A stretch of DNA of 64,000 nt, taken from assembly GCF_009914755.1 (NCBI RefSeq), contig NC_060947.1. One strand, written 5' to 3'. The notes beneath the pieces are model-generated. The model searched no databases. It was not told where the DNA came from and worked only from the letters and a program-made list of their open reading frames with translations. The DNA comes from the human T2T-CHM13v2.0 reference genome, Homo sapiens. Position numbers and translations under genes: made by a program. Below are positions 1 through 13,220 of this stretch, one piece after another; within the stretch, counting starts at the first letter, position 1; each line of letters begins with the position of its first letter.

Positions 1-1397
1 TTCTTGAATCTATAGATCAAGTTGAGAAGAATTGGCAATGAAATGTATCCCAATTTATTTAGTTTATTTTTAATTTCTTTCATCAGAGTTTTGTTGTTTT
101 CCTCATCTAGATATTGCACATATTTTGTTAGATTTATACATATCTCATTTTGGGGGCAGTAATGTAAATGACATTGTGTTTTAAATTTCAAATTCTACTT
201 GTTTATTGCTGGTATATTGAAAAGCAATTGACTTTTGTATATTAACCTGTGTTCCGTGACTTTACAATAATTACTTATTAGTTCCAGCTGTTTACCGTCT
301 ATTCATCTACATTTTCTACACATACAAGTATGCCATCTGCAAACAAAGACAGTTTGATTTCTTTATTCCCAATTTTTATGCCTTTTATTTCATTTTTTGC
401 CTTATTGCATTAACTAGGACTTCGAGTATAATGTTGAAAAATAGCAGTAAGAGAGGACATGATCTTAGTAAGAAAGCTTTAAGTTTCTCACCAGTAAGTA
501 TAATGTTAGATGTAGGGTTTTTTGGACATATTATTTATTGAGTTGGGTACATTTCCCTCCATTTTTAGTTTTCTGAACATTTTTATTATGAATAGTGTAG
601 GATTTTTTTCAAGTGCTTTTGCTGCAACTATTGATTTAATCATGTAAGTTTTCTACTTTAGCCTTGACATGATAAATTACATTAATTGATCTTTAAATGT
701 TGAGCCAGTCTTGCATACCCAGGATAAATTCCTATTGGTTGTTGTGTATAATTGTTATTCTATATAGTTAAATTCAGTTTGCTACATTTTATTGAGAATA
801 TTTGCATCTATGTTTATTAGAAACATTGCTCTGGAGCTGTCTTTTCCTGTAATGGATTTGTCTGATTTTGGTGTTGGGGTAGTGCTGACCTCATAGAATA
901 AAAATGCATTTCATCTGCTTCTGGACTGGTGTTTCTGTTTTGAAAAAATATTAATTATTTATTCAAATTTTTAATAGATATATGCCCATGCAAATTGTCT
1001 ATTTCTTCTTGTGTGAGTTTTGTCAGACTGACTTTCAAGAAATCTGTCCATTTCTTGTGTATTGTCAAATTTGTTGGCATGAAGTTGTTCACAGTATTTG
1101 TTATCTTTCTCTTGTCCATAAATTATAAAGTTTTGTTTCCTTTTTTATTTGACATATTGGTGATTTATGTTCTCTTTCTTTTCTTCTTAGCTTGTGAAGA
1201 AGCCCATTGATTTTATTAATCCTTAAAAAACACTGCTTTGAGCTTCATTGATTCTCTCTATTAGCTTCCTGTTTGGCTCTAATGTTTATTATTTCTACTG
1301 CTTATTTTTTATTTTATTTTCTATTTTTTCTAGTATCCTGAGATGAAAGATTTGATTATTTCTTTTATATATGTCTTCTTTTCTAATATATGCATTT
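1..1397 (-). mobile_element. Ancient L1M (L1MC/L1MD-like) ORF2 fragment
   Basis: Highly diverged antisense L1 ORF2 signatures (gttgaaaaatagcagtaagagaggacat, gtgctgacctcatagaat, cttttctaatatatgcattt); no open frame. Confidence 0.75.
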
Positions 1398-1589
1398 TTT
1401 ATTTTAATACATTGTTTTACCATTTGAAAAAAAATACAAAAAAAATGAAAGCAGCATTGTTTAGAGGAACTGTCACCACAATCTTTAATACACTATTATT
1501 TTCCTTGAAATTATGCTTTTAAAAATGTATATGTTTGTTTATTGTTTTCTTCTTCTACAATACAAATTGGGCTGTTTCTTTTTCTCCAT

Positions 1590-4500
1590 CTTTTAATGTT
1601 AGCTTTGGGAGTAAATGTGAAGATTCATTACATAGGTAAACATCTGTCATGGGGGTTTGTTGAGCAGATTACTCCATCAACCAGGTATTAAACCCAGCAC
1701 TCAAGAGTTATATTTTCTGCTCCTGTCCCTCCCCACAACATCCACCCTCAAGTAGATTCTAGTGTCTGTTGCTTCCTTCTTTGTGTTTATAAATTCTCAC
1801 CATTTAGCTCCCACTTATAAGTGAGAACATGTGGTATGTGGTTTTCTGTTTCTGCATTAGTTTAGTATGAATAATAGCCTCCAGCTCCATCCATCTTCTT
1901 GAAAAAGACATGATCTCACTTTTTTAATGGCTGCATAGCATTCTATGGTGTGTATGTACCACATTTTCTTTATCCAATCTGTCATTAATGGGCATTTAGG
2001 GTGATTCCATGTTTTGCTACTGTGAATAGTGTTGCAATGAACATTCACATGCATGTGTCTTCATGGTAAAATGATTTATAATCCTCTGAGTATATACCAC
2101 CACTTAACTCAGTAATGGAGTTGCTGAGGTAAATGGTAGTTCTGCTTTTAGCTCTTTGAGGAACCATCATACTGCTTTCCACAATAGTTGAACTAATTTA
2201 TACTCCCACCAACAGTGCATAGGGGTTCCCTTTTCTCCACAACCTCACCAGCATCTGTTGTTTTTTGGCTTTTTAATAATAGCCATTCTTAATGGTATGA
2301 GATGTTATCCAATTGAAGTTTTGATTTGCATTTCTCTAATGATAAGTGATATTGAGATTTTATTCATATGCTTCTTGGCTACATGTATGTCTTTTTGTGA
2401 GAAGTATCTGTTATGTCCTGTGCCCACTTTTTAGTGAAGTTGTTTGTTTTTCTCTTGTAAATTTGTTTAAGTTCCTTATATATGCTGGATACTAGACCTT
2501 TGTCAGATGCATAGTTTGCAAATATTTTCTCCCAGTCTGTAGGTTGTCTTTTTATTCTGTTGATAGTTTCTTTTCCTGTGCAGAAGCTCTTTAGTTTAAT
2601 TATATCTCATTTGTCAATTTTTGCTTTTGTTGTGATTGCTTTTGGTGTCTGCGTCATGAAATATTTGATCATTTCTATGGCCAAGATGGTATTGTCTAGG
2701 TCGTCTTCCAAGGTTTTTATAGGTTTGGGTTTCACATTTAAGTCTTTAATCCTTCTCAAGTTGATTTTTTGTATGGTGTAAGTAAGGGGTCCAGCTTTAA
2801 TCTTCTGCGTATGGCTAGCCAGTTATCTCAGCTGGGAATAAGAAGTCTTTTCCCCATTGATTGTTTGGGTTAGCTTTGTCAAAAATCAGATGGCTGTAGA
2901 TGTGTGGCCTTATTTCTGGGTTCTCTATTATGTTGCTTTGGTCTATGTGCACATTTTTCTACCAGCATCTTGCTTTTTTGGTTGCTGTAGCCCTGTAGAA
3001 TAGTTTGAAGTTTGGTAACGATGCCTCCAGCTTTGTTCTTTATGTATAAGATTGCCTTGGCTATTTGTTTTTTTTTTTAATCTGATATACATTTTAAAAT
3101 AGTTTTATTCTAGTTCTGTGAAGAATGCCACTGGTAGTTTGATAGGAATGCATTGAATCTTTAAATTTTGTTGGGCACTATGGCCATTTTAATGATATAT
3201 TTTTTTTCTATCCATGATCATGAGATGATTTTCCATTCATTTCTGTTGTCTCTGATTTTCTTAGCAGTGCTTTATAATTCTCATCATAGAGATCCTTTGC
3301 TTCCTGGGTTAGCCATATTTCTAGGTATTTTATTCTTTGGGGTGCAGTTATCAATGGGATTGCCTTCCTAATTTGTCTTTGACTTGCCTGTTTTTGGTTT
3401 ATAGAAGTGCCAGTAATATTTGTACATTGATTTTGTATCTTGAAACTTTGCTGGAGTTGTCAGCTGAAGGAGCTTTTGGGCTGAGACTGGGGTTTTCTAA
3501 ATATAGAATAATGTCCTCTGCAAGCAGAGATAGTTTGACTTCCTCTCTCCCTATTTGGATGCCCTTTATTTCTTTCTCTTGCCTGATTGTACAGGCCAGG
3601 ACTTTCAATACTATGAGGAATAAAAGTGGTGAGAGAGAACATTCTTGTCTTGTGCCAGTTTTCAAGGAAAATGCTTCCAGCTATTGCTCATTAAAAATGT
3701 GTTAGCTTTGGGTTTTCTATAGATGGCTTTTATTATTTTGAGGTATGTTTCTTTAATACCTATTTTTAGAGGTTTTTTTTTACATAAAGGTGTGTTGAAT
3801 TTTATCAAAAGTCTTTTCCACATCTACTGAGATAAGAATGTGGTTTTAGTTTTTATTTCTGTCTATGCAATGAATCACATTTATTGATTTGCACATGTTG
3901 AACCAACCTTGCATCTCAAGGATGAAGCCAGTTGATTGTGATGAATCAGCTTTTTGATGTGCTGCTGGATTCAGTTTGCTGGGGTTTTTTTTTAGTATTT
4001 TTGCATTAATGTTTATCAAAAATATTGGCTTGAACTTTTCTTATTTTGTTATGTCTTTGACAGGTTTTTTTATCAAGATGATGCTGTCTTCTTAGAATAA
4101 ATTTAGGAAGAGCTCCTCCTCTTCAATTTCTTGGAATATTTTCTGTAATATTTGACTGTGAATTCATCAGGTCCTGGGCTTTTTTTGGTGGATAGGCTAC
4201 TTATTACTGATTCAAGTTTGGAGCTCATTATTGGTCTGTTCAAGGAATAAATTTCTTCCCGGCCCTGCCTTGGAAGGGTGTGTTTCAGGAATTTATTCAT
4301 TTATTCTAGGTTTTTCAGATTGTGTGTGTGTATAGAGGTGTTTGTAGTAGTTTATGATGGTTGTTTTTGTTTCTGTGCAGTCAGTGGTAACATTCCCTTT
4401 GTCATTTCTAATTGTGTTTATTTGGATCTACTCTCTTTTCTTATATATTAGTCTAGCTAGTGGCCTATCTATTTTATTATTTTTTTCAATAACCAATTGT

Positions 4501-6923
4501 TGGACTTGTTTATCTTTTGAGTGCTTTCTTGAGTCTTCATTTCATTTAGTTCAGCTCTAATTTTTTTTTTTTTTTTTTTTTTTATCTTCTGCTAGCTTTG
4601 GGGTTGATTTGTTCTTGCTTTTCTAATTCTACCAGTTTTAAAGTTAAGTTCTTAATTTAAGCTCATTTTTACTTTTGCTGAGGGTATTTAGTGCTATGAA
4701 TTTCCCTCTTAACACTGCCTTTGCTGTGTCTCAGAGACTCTTGTATGTTGTATGTTTGCTCTCATTATTTTCAAACAACTTTTTTATTTCTGCCTTAGTT
4801 TTATTATTTACCCAAAAGACATTCAGGAGCGTGTTGTTTAATTTCCATATAATTGCATGGTTTTGAGCGATTTTCATTGTTTTGACTTTTATTTTTGTTG
4901 TGCTGTGGTCTGAGAGTGTGTTTGGTATGATTTGTGTTCTTTTAGATTGTTTTATGTTCAATTATGTGGTCAATTTTTGAGTATGTGTCATGGAGCAATG
5001 AGAAGAATGTATATTCTGTTGTTTTTTGGGTAGAGAGTTCTGTAAAGATCTATCAGATCCATTTGGTTCAATGTTGAGTTTAGGTCCTGAATATCTTTGT
5101 TAATTTTCTGCCTTGATGATCTGTCTAATACTGTCAGTGGAGTGTTGAAATCTCCCACTATTATTGGGGAGTCTATGTCTCTTTGTAGAGATCTAAAAAC
5201 TTGGTTTATAAATCTTGGTGCTCTTGTGTTGGGTGCATACATATTTAGAATAGTTAAGTCTTGTTGAATTGAGACCTTTACCATTATGTAACACCCTTCT
5301 TTCGTTTTTTTTTTTTTTTATCTTTGTTGGTTTGAAGTCGGTTTTGTCTGAATTTGGGACTGCAACCCTCCTTATTTTCTGTTTTCTATTTGCTTAGTAG
5401 ATTTTCCTGCATCCCTTTATTTTGAGCCTGTGGGTGTCATTATTTGTGAGATGGGTCTCTTGAAGACAGCATACCATTGGGTCTTACTTTTTAAATCCAG
5501 TTTGTCTATCTGTGTCTTTTAATTGGGGTGTTTAGCCCATTTACATTCAATGTTAGTATTGATATGTGTGGATTTGATCCTTTCATTGTGCTTTTAGCAG
5601 GTTATTACGTTGGCTTGCTTGTGTGGTTGCTCTATAGTAAAACTGATCTGTGGGTTGCAGTGTATTTTTGTATTATCTGGTAGTGGTCCTTCCTTTCCAT
5701 ATTTAGTGCTCCTTTCAAGATCTCTCGTAAGGCATGCCTGATGATAACAAATTCCCTCAACATTTGCTTAACCAAAAAGAATTTTATTTCTCATTTACTC
5801 AGAAAGCTTAGTTTAGCTAAATATAAAATTATTGATTGAAGATTTTTTTTCTCTTTAAGAATGTTGAATATTGGCTCCCAATCTCTTCTGGTTTGTAAGG
5901 TTTCAGCTGAGATGTCCACTGTTAGCCTGATGGAGTTCCCTTTTGTAGGTGACCTGCATTTTTTATCTAGATGGCTTTAATATTTTTTCTTTCATTTCAA
6001 CCTTGAAAAATTCTGATTATTATGTGTCTTCATGATGATCTCCTTGTGTAAAATCTTTCAGGAGTTCTATGCTTTTCCTGGATTTGAGAGTTGACCTCTC
6101 TAACAAGGTTGGGGAATTTTTATTGATGATATCCTAAAATATGTTTCCCAAGTTGTTTGCTTTCTATTCCTCTCCTTCAGGGATGCCAATGATTTGTAGA
6201 TTTGGCCTCTTTATATAATCTCATGTTTCTCAGATATTTCGTGCATTCTTTTTCTACTTTTTAAAACTTTTGTCTGACTTTCTTATTTCAGAGAAGCAGT
6301 CTTCAAATTCCAAGATTCTTTGCTCAGCTTGGTTTATTCTGCAGTTAATACTTGTGGTTAAATTGTGACATTATTGTATTATTCAACTCTGTTAGACCCA
6401 CTAGTTTCTTTTTTGTACTGGTTGTTTCATCCTGTATTGCTTTATTGTAATTCTTAGTTTCTTTAGTTTGGGTTTTGCTATCTTTCTGAATCTCAATATT
6501 CTTCATCCTATCCATATTCTATTATTTTTATTTTTATTTTTTTGAAACAAAGTCTCACTCTGGCACCGAGGCTGAAGTGTAGTAGCATGATCTTGGTTCA
6601 CTGAAACCTCTGCCTTCTAGGCTTAAGCAATTATCCAGCCTCAGCCTCCCAAGTAGCTGGGACTGCAGGCAGAAGTCACCATCCTGTCAAATTTTTGTAT
6701 TTTTTTTTTGTAGAGATAGGTTTTTACCATGTTGTCCAAGCGGTCTCGAACTGCTGAGCTCAAAGTAATTTGCCTGCCTCAGCCTCCCAAAGTGCTGGAA
6801 TTACAGGTATGAGCCATCACACCCAGCTCCCTATCCATATTCTGAAATACATTTCTGTCATTTTAGCCAGCTCAGCCTGGTGAAAAACTCTTATTGGAGA
6901 ACATTGCAGAACATTGCTGTTTG
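1590..6923 (-). mobile_element. Old primate L1 (L1PA13-16-like): 3'UTR, ORF2 and part of ORF1
   Basis: 3'UTR cataggtaaacatctgtcatgggggtttgt; ORF2 fragments on - strand (endonuclease YAPNT..IVGDFNTPL at 4988-5284, [17 protein letters not shown] at 3399-3665, C-terminal TWNHPKCP); continues at 17109. Confidence 0.9.
6521..6828 (-). mobile_element. AluJ-type SINE
   Basis: Antisense Alu with T-rich tail and J-like positions (ggcttaagcaat, tgtagagatagg); TSD cctatccatattct at about 6507-6520 and 6830-6843. Confidence 0.9.
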
Positions 6924-6927
6924 GAGG

Positions 6928-7544
6928 TGTCAGTCGAGAAAAATAATGAAACAAGTCTCAATCATTTTAGGAGGTTTATTTGCCAAAGTTAAGCAGGTGC
7001 ACCCAGGAGACAGGTCTATGCCTTTCTCCAAAGATGATTTTGAGGGCTCCAAACTTAAAGGAGAAAGGGTGGGATATTGAGAAGTACACAATTTTTATGT
7101 AAGAGAAGGGTAAAGAAAAATATTCATGACTTTGTCTGTCTCAGTGAATCTGAATTTTTTTTTACATAAGGTGACAGACAAATGGGGTAGAGGAAAAATG
7201 CAGGGAATCTGCATTTTACATAAGATAACATAGACAAAATGGGGCAGGGGAAACAAACAGATATGCATTTGTGTCTGGTGGGCCAAAGGTGACTGCACCT
7301 GTAAAGATAAGCTATCAATTTATATTACCATGGTGAAATTTTAACAGAAGCACCTTAAAAGATCTTGAAGCTCACTAGGAATTTCAATGTGGGCAAAATA
7401 TGGAGGAGGCATGTGGCTTTTCATCTTGTAGCAATCTTACTTAGGAACCAAAAGGGGAAGGCAGGTTTGTGTGACCCAGTTTCCAGCTTGACTTTTTCCC
7501 TTGGCTAAGTGAGTTTGCAGTCCCAAAATTCAATTTTTTTCACA
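6928..7544 (-). mobile_element. 3' LTR (MER4A-like)
   Basis: Minus strand starts TGTGAAAAAAATTGAATTTTGGGAC and ends in ACA; preceded by a purine tract (AAAGAGGGTAA, about 7545-7555). Confidence 0.88.
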
Positions 7545-7844
7545 TTACCCTCTTTGAAGAAAACATTTTTGACAAAATATTTTAAAAGGAATATGGGTTC
7601 CTGGTCTCAAGTTGCTTTCTTCTCCTTATTTGGGCTGGTTTCTCATTGCTAGGATAGTTCATTCCTAGAAGTTCAGTTTCTGTGTTGCAAAGAAGACTCA
7701 TTCCTAGGAGGTCTTGTCCCACATTGCTAGGAACGCTCATTCCTAGGAAGTCATGTTGCGTGAAGATAAAAAAATAGAGGGAGAAAGGAAGAAAAAATGA
7801 AAGAAAAAAGAAGAAAAATATGTATATAGAGAATTGGGGCAGAT

Positions 7845-9274
7845 TTATAGCAACAAAAGGAAAGCAAACCTGGAAGTTGAGTCAGTCTGTATTGCTGCCT
7901 CCTCAATTAGAGCAATTCTGTGGGCAATCATTACCCTAGCCCTTTCTGTTGTATGTTGACTTATTAGCAAGCACATACCATAACAACATTGTAAGCAGAA
8001 ACAGGACTGAACACAAATTATTATTATTCCTATTATAAGCAATAGCTTCTGCCGCCAAATTCCCCAGGATTCAAACCAACCACTCAACCAATCGATAAGT
8101 GAGGGTTGGGGTCTGACATATGATGTAGGTTTTCATATCAGTCATAAGTCAGATTATGCTCTTCAATTCATCTGGAATATACACACAATATTTTGTTTTT
8201 GTGATGGTGCAGGTCCCCTCTTGTGCTGCCATGAATATATCTAAAGCCATACAGTTTTGCAGCACAGCTTTCTGCATAAGCATGACCTCATTGTTCAGCA
8301 AGAAGATACTCATATGGCTATCATTCATTCAGGGCCTTTTAGGTGTAATTCATTAAGGCCTCTACATGCCATATAACATCTTTAATACCTATCCTTGGCA
8401 CAAAGATTGGAGCTAAGTGACTATACCATTGAAATACCGAATGTGTCCAATGAGATTGTAAATAGAAAAGGTTTGCTGGTTTTGGCAGGGTCTGAATTAC
8501 TCATCTTTGTGCCCAGCATAAACTAGGGAACATCATCCTAATCACCCTGGGGGTAGCCATGGCCATAAGTTGGTGCCACATAGCCAACATGTCCCCTTTG
8601 GAGCTAGCAAATAAATACCTGGTCGTTGCACCCAATCAGTGGCATGCCAGTTGATGTCTTGTAATATGACAATGTGGTCACAGAATTCTCCAGGCAGCCA
8701 CCCTATATCTCTCATACTGTTTGGCCATAGGTCCTTGGTGTGATTTCTTTGCTCCCAGCACAAAGGGGCATTTTGGCTGAGTTGGCCAAATGAAGGGGTG
8801 AGCCAAATAAATTTGCCCCAAATTTGCATTATTTCATTTTGAAAATGAGTAATTGTTTTGGGTGCAATTACTACCTTCTGTTTTAGTTGGGGGAATGCTA
8901 AAGTGAGAGCTAATGAGTGGGTCTTTTCCATTGAAAATTTTTTCCCATGTCCCTTGTTCTTAAAAGTGTTTTTAATGGGGCAATTATAAATATTTTATTT
9001 TGTTATGCCAGCATTAAGAATATCAGATCATATCTGTAACATAATACATTTTTGGTATTCTATCCAGTCCTGACCTTGGAAGGGGAATACCCACCATGAT
9101 AGCCCCGAGCCACTGGAAAGAGGGATGAGTCTGCATATCCAGCAGGTGTCCTTTTGTAATCTGTCTGTGTAATCCTGAACCCATTGTAGAAATAGGTTTC
9201 ATGAGCATCAGTAGGTGGCATGGCAAGAAGGTGTAGGGATATAGGATGAATAATAACAAGGTTATGAAATTCAT
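7845..9274 (-). pseudogene. env: ERV env remnant (gamma-type, PABL/PRIMA41-like)
   Basis: Hydrophobic signal peptide MNFITLLLFILYP (9274); CWIC motif near 9140; immunosuppressive domain and decayed CX6CC LQNCMALDIFMAAQEGTCTITKTKYCVYIPD (about 8170-8265); TM anchor KLLLIIGIIIIC; many stops and frameshifts. Confidence 0.88.
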
Positions 9275-9499
9275 TTTAGCTATTAAAGTTTTGTTAAATC
9301 AGACAAAGCAAGTGCCCTGTTCTATAAGACAGCAGTTGCCAGTATCTCTAGGACAATAATTGTAATGGTTATTGTACAATAAACAAAGGCATTCCTTTTT
9401 ATACAGGTCTGGTCCTATGGCTTGGGTTTAAGCTGTCCACAATAGCTGTTGTCTGCTTCTAATCCCGGGTTGAAGGTTGATGTTTAATGAACTGGAGGT

Positions 9500-12400
9500 G
9501 AGGGTCTTTGTTGGGAGTTACAGTGCACTTAGGAGGTTGTGCCTTTTTAAGATGAGAGATGTGAATCCATGAGTCTATACCCTCTAATTTTGCGGCAAAT
9601 TGATTAGTCATTAGTAGCCGGTGTGGGCCCTTCTATTGGGGTTGGAGGGAATCCTTTATTAGATGTCTCTTCCAATAAACAAAATCTCCAGGTTGCAGAT
9701 CATGCCCAGGCACCTTATCTTCAGGGAGCACACTGAGAAAAATTATTTACCAAATCTTGGCCTTTTCTAAGATGATAAATGAGTCCTTTACAATACTGCA
9801 ATATGTTTCCCTTGAGATAATTTGAATTGCTAATTTTCGTTGTCATACACATGGGCTTTCCTGTTATAATTTCATAAGGGGACAGGTGATGTTTTCCAAA
9901 AGGGGTGGATCAGAGTGTAAGTAGCACTAGGGCAAGTGCTTTAGGCCAGGGAAAGTGAAATGTCTCTGTGAACTTAGCCAATTGTGTTTTAATTATTCCA
10001 TTGGTCCTCTCCACCAAGCCTGAAGACTAGGGATTGTAGTCACAATGAAAATGTTTAAATATGAGCCAAATTTTACAAATATTTTGAATAAACTGACCAG
10101 TAATGTGAGTTCCCTGTCACTGTGAAGTTCACAAGGTACTCCCCACAATGGAATAATTGTTTCCAGTAGGATGTTTCCAACTGCCATAGCTGTTGCTTGC
10201 CTGCAGGGAAAGCTTCAACCCAATGGGAAAACATGCAGACTTTTATTAAAACATATTGTAACACTGAGATTATGGCAGCTGGATAAAATCAAGCTGCCAT
10301 ATCTCAAAAGGTCTAGCCAGAAGGGGAAAATGACCCTGGGCCCCATGGAGGAGCTTTCTTGGTTTATATTCGGGACAAATAACACATTGAATGTGAACTT
10401 CTGTGCCACTGTAAAGGATGGTTTCCAGTAATATTGTTTACACCAGGGTGTCATTTCATCTGGATTCCAATGGGTTAGATCATGAACATATTCCATAAGG
10501 GGCACCTAACATCCCATTGGACTAATGGGTTTATTATTCGGCCTACACCATACTTCAGTTTTGGGAGACAATTATCCCCCTGCCTATTTCCAAGTAGATT
10601 TTTCTCTTTTGTAGGAGCTATGCTCTGGGTTTCTTTCAACATGTTTTTAAGTGTTTTGGGTTTTATGACCATTTCCCAGATTGGAGCTCATGGCTCAAAT
10701 GCTGCTCTTTTAGCTGTGGCATCAGCCAATTTGTTATCCTGACTTCCTGTGGTGTCTAATTTTGAGTGATTTGGGATTTTTATAATTGCCAAATGTTTTG
10801 GTTTTAGAAGAGCTTCTGACAGCTCTGATACTTGTCCATTTTTACGGGCTGCCCTGAGGAGGTTAAGTATCCTCTCTCCTTCCATAGAATCCCAAAGTCA
10901 TGGGCACCCTAAAAGCATGACAGCTGTTAGTGTATAAGTTTGCAACTTTGTATTTTGCCAGTTGACAAGCTTGGGTCATGGCAATCAATTCAGCCGCTTG
11001 AGCTGATCTGGCTTGGGGAAGAGAACTGGCTTCAATTACCTCTAGTAAGGACACCACAGCATATACTGCTCTAAAATTTCCATCTTCTCCTTTTAAATAA
11101 GACCAATCTGTATACCATTCAATTTCAGCATTATCCAGTGGTATCTCTTGTAGGACTGTCCTGGGGGTAAGAAGTCAGTCAGTCATCAGGACACAATCAT
11201 GAATGGATTTGTCAAAGGGCCCAGCAAGAGAGTGGCTGGATTAAGATTATTACAGTGGGAAATAGTGATATTGGAAGATGATAAAAACAAAATTTTATAA
11301 GAGGCCTGCCAGTTGACAGACAGATGTTGACTATGACGAGAGTTTAGAAGAGTCTCAAGAGAATGTGGCACAAAATGGTAAGGGGGAACCCATAATTATT
11401 TCTTCAACAGACTTGTACTAAAGAGCCATGACTGCTATTTCTCTCACACAAGGAAGCAACCCTCGAGATGCAGCCCTGAAGTCCAGCTGTTGACTATAAT
11501 AGCCTATAGGTCTCTGATGATCACCATGTTTCTGGGTCAGTACCCCTGATGCAGTATCTCCAACTTTGTGTACAAAAATGGAGAAAGACAATTTGTAGTT
11601 TGGGTGACCTAAGGATGGGCCATTAGTTAGAATTTCCTTTATTTGTTGTACAGCTGATTGTCCTTCTGGAGTCCACATGATGGGATCAGATTGCATGTTT
11701 TTTAGGTATGCATACAGAGGTTAAGCCATAAGGGAGAAATTTCATATCCAGTTTCTACAGTAGACTGCCAGGCCCAAAAATGCTCTAACTTGTTTCTTGG
11801 TGACAATCAGTGAAAAAGCTAAAATTCCTCTCACTTTGTCCGGGTTAATACTCAGTCCTTTGACCAAGATAATATGCCCCAAATACTTAACTTGCTGTAA
11901 CTATAGCTGAAGTTTGTCTTTGGACACTTTGTGTCCCTTGGTGGCCATTTGAGTAAATATAGACTATCTTCCTGAGAGCAAGAGATTGTGTTTGAACAAA
12001 GGAGAAGGTCATCTACATACTGGATGAGTGTTGAGCTCTTGGGAAAATTTAAATCCTTTAAATTAGCTTTTAATATTTGGGAGAAGTAACTGGAACTTAC
12101 TGTATACGCTTGGGGCATTATAGTCCACATATGTTGCCATTCTTTCCAAGTAAATGGAAACAAATATTGGCTGTCCGGATCTACAGGAATACTAAAGGAG
12201 GCACTGCAGAGATCCACAACTGAGAAATACTGGCTGGTAATGAGTATAGCTGATAGAAATATATATGGTTTGGGGACTACTGGGTGTCTGGGTACTATGA
12301 TATTGTTCTTTGTCCTCAAGTCCTGCACAAATCTCCATCGTCTCCCACTTGGGAAGGGAATATAGGGCTGCTGCAGGCGTGTGTGCAGGAAAAATTGAGT

Positions 12401-12560
12401 CCCTTTTTCAGAAAATCTTATATGATAGGGGCAATTCCATTTATGGCTGCCTGTTGTAGAGGATATTGTTCAAGGTTGGGTAGGGGTTTCCTTGGGTTTA
12501 TCTCTACCTTAATTGGAGTGGCTGAGAATATTTTCCCTATATCTGTATTTGACTGAGACT
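9500..12560 (-). pseudogene. pol: ERV pol remnant (RT, RNase H, integrase)
   Basis: RT QDLR..VVDLCSASFSIP..MPQAY..QYVDDLLL (11852-12328); tether RPIGYYSQQLD; RNase H SAQAAELIA..YTNS; integrase QLDFIQLP, SHWVEAFP, HSDR, GLVERTNG. Confidence 0.92.
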
Positions 12561-12799
12561 ATAAGTGGGAGTGGACATCCTTGAGCAAGTGCTCTGCTTC
12601 TGGGGTTTACAGGAAGATTGAGGACGCTAAAAAGAGTTTTACTCTTTTCTGCTCTTTATTCCAATGTTCTCTCTTCTCTCTTAATATTTCCTTCTCTGTT
12701 TCTGTTTCATTTTCCTGGTCACAAGATGACATTTTAACATTACTAGCACTAAATCGTGGTACATTGTCAGGATGTTTTTTTAATTTGGTATTTTTGCTC

Positions 12800-13220
12800 C
12801 TCTGGCTCTAATTCTAAAAAATGTTTACCTTTTGATGAAAAAGAGATATGGGCATTATGGATGCTGAGGAGATCACGGCCCAAAAGATTAACAGGGGCCC
12901 CAGAGCATATTAGAAACATATGGGACTGACTGAGCCTGTCATATTTAGAGCCTGCAGTGGAGGAACTTAACCTGACAAATGGTAAGGTACAAGTTTGGAC
13001 TTAAAACACAAGATGGTTTTATTAGACACACCCACCATGTTAATTCTTTCATCACGTCAAGGATTGGGGTTTATAAATAAGGCAAAATTTATCAGAGATA
13101 TTGTTGCACCTGTGTCAATTAAGGCAGTTGTAAGCTTATGGTTTATTATTAATCTCTCCCAATTTGTTTGTCAGGATACAATATTTGGAGAGGTGAAACC
13201 CTGTACTTCCTCGAAGAATT
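12800..13220 (-). pseudogene. pro: ERV protease remnant
   Basis: Active-site ALIDTGAT encoded on - strand at about 13103-13125; VNLLGRDLL-like C-terminal motif near 12870-12895. Confidence 0.85.

Noticed and set aside
8542-8931. Domesticated env or syncytin-like gene
   Set aside because: env is split by stops and frameshifts; the furin site and CX6CC are mutated
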